This document shows positions 24,827 through 28,713 of a stretch of DNA of 28,713 nt, in pieces; position 1 is the stretch's first letter; the number at the start of each line of letters is the position of its first letter. The notes under the pieces were generated by a model. It did no database searches. It saw only the letters and a list, made by a program, of their open reading frames with translations, and was not told the origin of the DNA. The position numbers and the translations under genes are program-made. This stretch comes from Candidatus Fraserbacteria bacterium (GTDB lineage Bacteria > Bipolaricaulota > Bipolaricaulia > RBG-16-55-9): contig JBBIPG010000027.1 in NCBI GenBank assembly GCA_037442925.1, positions 1 through 28,713 on the forward strand. Direction: 5' to 3'.

Positions 24827-26149
24827 TTAGGGATTCTTGATGAAGTCGGGAGGCCAGGGGTAGTCTGAGGGACAGAGGTCGCCTTTATCATTATTTGATA
24901 ACTCGTTTCCTGAACCTCGGATCTGTCCCTCAAAGTGGCCAAACATCAGCGCTTCCTGAGGGGCACACTCAGAGGTCAAAAGTGCAATGCCTCTTCCGTT
25001 CAACATAATTCTGTTCCCTGTGATTTCCACGTCCATGTAATTCCATCCTAGTTCGATACCCAGCTCCTCATTACGCTCGACCAAGTTGTTCGTAATTCGG
25101 GCCGCTCCGGTAATTCCCACGTAGATTCCTTTCTGATTCAATGAGACAAGATTATCCTCGATCCTCACATTCAAAGTGTCATCATCGACTCGCCAATCGA
25201 TGACATTCAGACCAATGCCATTGTCTCGCAAAACATTGCCTCGGATTCTGACACTGATGTCTGCGATGGTAACTCCCGGAGAGTGCTTCGACCCGAGAAT
25301 CTCATTTCTCTCGATGATCACAGTACCCTTCTCATCATCCGGATGTAATCGCTGAATAAATATTCCCCCTCGATCATGGACAATGAGATTCCCTTTGATT
25401 AGGAGCCCTCGACTGCCTAGCGCATAGACTCCCTCAAGGTGCATGCCTGTGATCAAATTGTTGGAGATCGTGGCTTGAGCGTTCATCAGAGAGACGCCTA
25501 TAGCCGGATCACCGTGGCTTTGCAAGAGGATGACATTGTCCTTGATCTCGGCGTGTGCATAACTTACACCAATCCCATAGTGGCTTTCCGAGAACGGCAG
25601 GGTCAGGTAAATCTTATTGCTGTCGATAACAGCTTGGGCTTCCTCGGCAACTTCGATGGCTCCTTGATAATGCCGGAAGGAATTGTTGCGCAGGGTAACT
25701 CTGGCTCTGTCCTGAATGAGAATTCCGAGAACGACAACACCTTCAGGCGACGACTGCCATGACTTCCCCGGCGTGGTCGAAGCGACACCCGCTCCGACCT
25801 CCGCTTGAAACCGGATCCCTTCGATATGAACCTGGATGGAACCTCTGACGAGGACCCCGGGTTTGATAGGGGAGCTTATGATTGTGACGGCCCCGGCAGT
25901 GGATGCTTTGAGCACTAAACTCTTGTTAATTTCCAAGTTCTCACTGTAGATACCGGCATCAACTTGAATGGTATCTCCCTCGCTAGCCTCGTCAATAGCA
26001 GCTTGGATGCTAGTGAAGTCCTGAGGTACCAAAAGCTGTCGAGCCATGTTGAGTCCAGAGTTCATGCTGGCATCACCCGAGCTTAGGAAAAGCAGGGGTA
26101 GGATTGCAAGTATTAGGGATCTGGTCCACCCAGCAACGGTGTCAAACAT
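24827..26149 (-). CDS. Secreted right-handed parallel beta-helix (NosD/pectin-lyase-like) protein
   Basis: Signal-like N-terminus, VPQDFTSIQAAIDEASEGDTIQVDAGIYSENL cap, many IxxNxI/GI repeats. Start uncertain (26149 preferred over TTG 26206). Confidence 0.8.
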   Translation of the reverse strand: MFDTVAGWTRSLILAILPLLFLSSGDASMNSGLNMARQLLVPQDFTSIQAAIDEASEGDTIQVDAGIYSENLEINKSLVLKASTAGAVTIISSPIKPGVLVRGSIQVHIEGIRFQAEVGAGVASTTPGKSWQSSPEGVVVLGILIQDRARVTLRNNSFRHYQGAIEVAEEAQAVIDSNKIYLTLPFSESHYGIGVSYAHAEIKDNVILLQSHGDPAIGVSLMNAQATISNNLITGMHLEGVYALGSRGLLIKGNLIVHDRGGIFIQRLHPDDEKGTVIIERNEILGSKHSPGVTIADISVRIRGNVLRDNGIGLNVIDWRVDDDTLNVRIEDNLVSLNQKGIYVGITGAARITNNLVERNEELGIELGWNYMDVEITGNRIMLNGRGIALLTSECAPQEALMFGHFEGQIRGSGNELSNNDKGDLCPSDYPWPPDFIKNP

Positions 26150-26217
26150 GTGGTCACTCTTGAAGATCTCAACTGGTTGATATTGTAGCTTTCCCCGTCT
26201 CAGCAAAGCTCAAGCTC

Positions 26218-28500
26218 CTATTGCGCACAGAGCTTTAAGGTCTTAGTCCGCAGTCCCTCTTCGCTACAAGCTGTAGAGGAAATGACTACGCCAGGAAGTC
26301 CAGAGGTGAGCGAATCAGAGCTTGGTGGAGGCGCGATATCTGCTGCTGGACTTGCACAAAAGCTAAAAGCGAAGATGGCACAGGCAATCTGCTGAGCTTG
26401 TGCAACTCCTGTAGGATCCTGTGTGTTAGTTGCGAAAGCGAATTGGGCTGAGGGAGTGCCGCAATTGGCTACACAATACACCACTACAACGACTATACCG
26501 TTGCGAGCGGCTTTGTCTGCCGACTGGTTTGCTAGTCTCTGAGCAGCAGCAGCATTGGTTAGGCCATCCATGATCATCACGACCGAGTATGTGTCTGCGG
26601 CAATCTCCTTGGTATTCTTGATGACACTGGCCGCCTCAATGTATCGATCGATTTGTCGGGCATAGTCTATGAATTGCTGACTGCGCTCCGGCGAGATGAC
26701 TCCACTGGTTGGCCCAGACTTAACCTCAATGAAGGCAGCGACTTTGCCGAGCCCGGGGATTTCTTTGGTTCCTACGACATCTATAACTGTTGATCCTCCG
26801 CTGAAGCCCGGTAATACTCCCTGTTGCCAGGTTTTGGGCATTGAGAAATCGACTAGGGTCCACCCACGCAACACCATTTCACTCGCAACTGTCAATTCCC
26901 CCAATAGGCTATTGAACTCGAGTGGATTTGTAAGAATCTGATCTAATCTTCCGATGAAGTGCGCGACTGCGTCACTATTGGTACAGATAGCGAAGAGCAC
27001 TGCTTCTGCACGAGCTGTGAATAGAGCTGCGACTTCAGGATTTTGTACAATCACAGGTATAAGTGCAACAGCTGCTATCCTTGCCTGAGCCTGAAACACC
27101 AAGTCGGGTGGTGTATCACCGCAGGGCGCAATGGGAACCGCCTCTGCCGATAGTTGGCTGCCCTGCGTGCTTCTGGCAGTCTCGATGCGCGCAGCTTTAA
27201 CGAGGACAGCTTGAGCATCTCGGAGGAGCTCTTCGATTTGCCACTTCTCCAACGCTCCTAGACCGGAAGCTAAGACATTTGCCCCTTCACCTCTGGCAAA
27301 TATAGCAGGAGGCGTGCTCATTTCTTGATAAATGGCACTGGAAGCAGTTGACGCAATCTCTCGAGATCTGGCCGCTATTCTCCCGCTTTTCCATTCTTTC
27401 TGATACCACAGCTCCCAGGAGTTCTGGCACATGACTTTGCTCAGCGCAGTCACCGGCCCACTGTAGCCATACGGACAGTAGTCGAACACCGGCTTGATGG
27501 CAGTCCCCAGCTGCACTGGAGGAGCTGGCGGTGGAGGCGGACTCGGCGGAGCTGGCTTGGGTGCTGGCAACTTCGGCGGGGTTGGAGTCGGCTTGGGCAC
27601 TGGCTTGATCACCGGCAGCTGCGACACAGGAGTCGGCAATATCTGCCACTTCCCACTTCCTCCACTCTCAGTGCTGACCCGCTGCACCTTCACGGCCGTG
27701 TGCACAGCTCGATCCAGATCGAAGCTCATCCCGCCCGGCAGCAGCGTCTGCCCTGTGCTGGAAGACATCTCTGGTACGACCACCAACGCCGTGGCTTCTT
27801 CCTGGTCGGCATCAAGAATGACCACTTGGGCCTGGGACCAGTCCAGCTCCTGGGCGCGCACACCCTGCGATCCTGCAGTCATGCTCAGCAGCGGCTGCAC
27901 CTGCGAGGCGATCTCTTGTGTACCTGCATCATCCGGCAGGAAGAGATCCACGCCCACGGGCTCCTCAGGGCTAGCCCCATCAACCTCCAGCCCCACCTCC
28001 AGCTGAGTGAGCCATTGGCCTCCCTCGTCCGCTCCCACAAAGGCAGCCCAGCTGTTGCTCTCTTGAGCGGGCTCGTTCTCCAGAAGATATAGCGCGGCAT
28101 CACTGCCCGCAGGGACTTCGATGAGGGTGACCTCTGTTGCGGTCTCCTGCTGAGCGCTGAGTCCTTGTCCTTTGGCCTTGCCCTTCACCTGGCAGCCGTG
28201 GGCTCTACTCAAGACCAGCTTCTTGCCCCGGCGTTCGAGAGCCTGCTTGAGTAATTGGATCTCCGGTTTGTCCTTGAGGGCTTTCTCCACCAGTTTCTTG
28301 GCTTGGCCAGGAGCCAGATCCTTCACACAGTCGGGAGGTCCACCTTGTCCTTGGGCGGCAACCAGCCACGAACTGGAAGAACTCTCGATTATAGATGTAT
28401 CGTCATTGACGGTGTTGCGCGGCAGGAAGAGAGAACATCCTGTGAGAAATCCTAAAAGCAATACGATGCCGAGCAACCCACCCCTGCGTACCCCTAGCAT
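26218..28500 (-). CDS. Large lipoprotein with Pro-rich linker and C-terminal PD-(D/E)xK nuclease-like domain
   Basis: Lipobox FLTG-C after a hydrophobic signal, PVPKPTPTPPKLPAPKPAPPSPPPPP linker, and LGE...RGW...IDVVG...FIEVKSG...QxxRY. AAGGAGGG RBS. Confidence 0.7.
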   Translation of the reverse strand: MLGVRRGGLLGIVLLLGFLTGCSLFLPRNTVNDDTSIIESSSSSWLVAAQGQGGPPDCVKDLAPGQAKKLVEKALKDKPEIQLLKQALERRGKKLVLSRAHGCQVKGKAKGQGLSAQQETATEVTLIEVPAGSDAALYLLENEPAQESNSWAAFVGADEGGQWLTQLEVGLEVDGASPEEPVGVDLFLPDDAGTQEIASQVQPLLSMTAGSQGVRAQELDWSQAQVVILDADQEEATALVVVPEMSSSTGQTLLPGGMSFDLDRAVHTAVKVQRVSTESGGSGKWQILPTPVSQLPVIKPVPKPTPTPPKLPAPKPAPPSPPPPPAPPVQLGTAIKPVFDYCPYGYSGPVTALSKVMCQNSWELWYQKEWKSGRIAARSREIASTASSAIYQEMSTPPAIFARGEGANVLASGLGALEKWQIEELLRDAQAVLVKAARIETARSTQGSQLSAEAVPIAPCGDTPPDLVFQAQARIAAVALIPVIVQNPEVAALFTARAEAVLFAICTNSDAVAHFIGRLDQILTNPLEFNSLLGELTVASEMVLRGWTLVDFSMPKTWQQGVLPGFSGGSTVIDVVGTKEIPGLGKVAAFIEVKSGPTSGVISPERSQQFIDYARQIDRYIEAASVIKNTKEIAADTYSVVMIMDGLTNAAAAQRLANQSADKAARNGIVVVVVYCVANCGTPSAQFAFATNTQDPTGVAQAQQIACAIFAFSFCASPAADIAPPPSSDSLTSGLPGVVISSTACSEEGLRTKTLKLCAQ

Positions 28501-28572
28501 ACGCGTCCCTCCTTAGAGCGTAGGCCCGTGGTTTTGCGTCTCCAGCCTTCGCTGGGTTTGCCGTTTTCGGGT
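28482..28572 (-). ncRNA. Cyclic di-GMP-I (GEMM) riboswitch-like aptamer
   Basis: Minus strand CCGAAAAC-GGCAAAC-CCAGC-GAAG-GCTGG-A-GACGCAAAACC-ACGGGCCTAC...GTATG-CTAGGGGTAC matches the hallmark GGCAAAC/GACGCAAA motifs. The 3' half and tetraloop deviate from consensus. Confidence 0.72.
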
Positions 28573-28588
28573 CCTTCACCCAACACTC

Positions 28589-28713
28589 TAAGTAGGTCGT
28601 CGAATGTTTTTTGAAGGAAGAGAGGCTGCGGTGCTAAGCTGGGGCCAGGAGGAATTCACCTATGAAACCGCTTTGCCTCACCCCCGCTCAGCGCTCCCAC
28701 CTGGAGGTTCTCA
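28589..28713 (+). mobile_element. Probable left end of an IS630-like element with transposase N-terminus (truncated by window end)
   Basis: TA followed by AGTAGGTCGTCG. AGGAGG RBS, ATG 28662, MKPLCLTPAQRSHLEVL resembles the LTxxQRxxLExL start of IS630-type transposases. Only 17 codons are visible. Confidence 0.4.

Noticed and set aside
24827..26149. Beta-helix gene as nosD of a N2O reductase cluster or as a classical immunity protein
   Set aside because: There are no nos genes nearby, and it is large and secreted, unlike cytoplasmic nuclease immunity proteins.
27500..27640. Tandem repeat or CRISPR-like array
   Set aside because: The repetitiveness is explained by Pro/Lys-rich linker codons, with no repeat-spacer periodicity. 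No CRISPR array was seen anywhere in the window.

Overview
Bacterial chromosomal window of moderate-high GC. The core genes are tdh, a CBS+ACT (AcuB-like) protein, a complete type A1 heme-copper cytochrome c oxidase operon (II, I, split III/III, subunit IV fused to cytochrome c, ctaA, ctaB, DUF420), a PIG-L deacetylase, an isochorismatase/nicotinamidase-like hydrolase, HU, gyrA, tyrS, HIT, a TPR membrane protein, family-4 UDG, tRNA-Gly(CCC), pgk, a DUF151 nuclease and glmS. Three accessory patches interrupt this backbone. (1) At the left end are a beta-propeller surface protein and a DUF1778/GNAT toxin-antitoxin pair whose toxin has an internal deletion. (2) An 850-bp integrase-less islet (DUF4926, a DUF6883 remnant and two tiny membrane ORFs) is flanked by a 28-bp direct repeat of the DUF420 3' end. 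(3) Downstream of glmS is a two-gene cassette: a 760-aa mosaic lipoprotein with a C-terminal PD-(D/E)xK nuclease-like motif and a secreted beta-helix protein. A c-di-GMP-I riboswitch-like RNA that contains the RBS and start codon precedes this cassette, and a probable IS630-like element starts just upstream. Patch 3 is the best candidate for an undescribed system. All family calls are by eye from motifs; no database searches were run.
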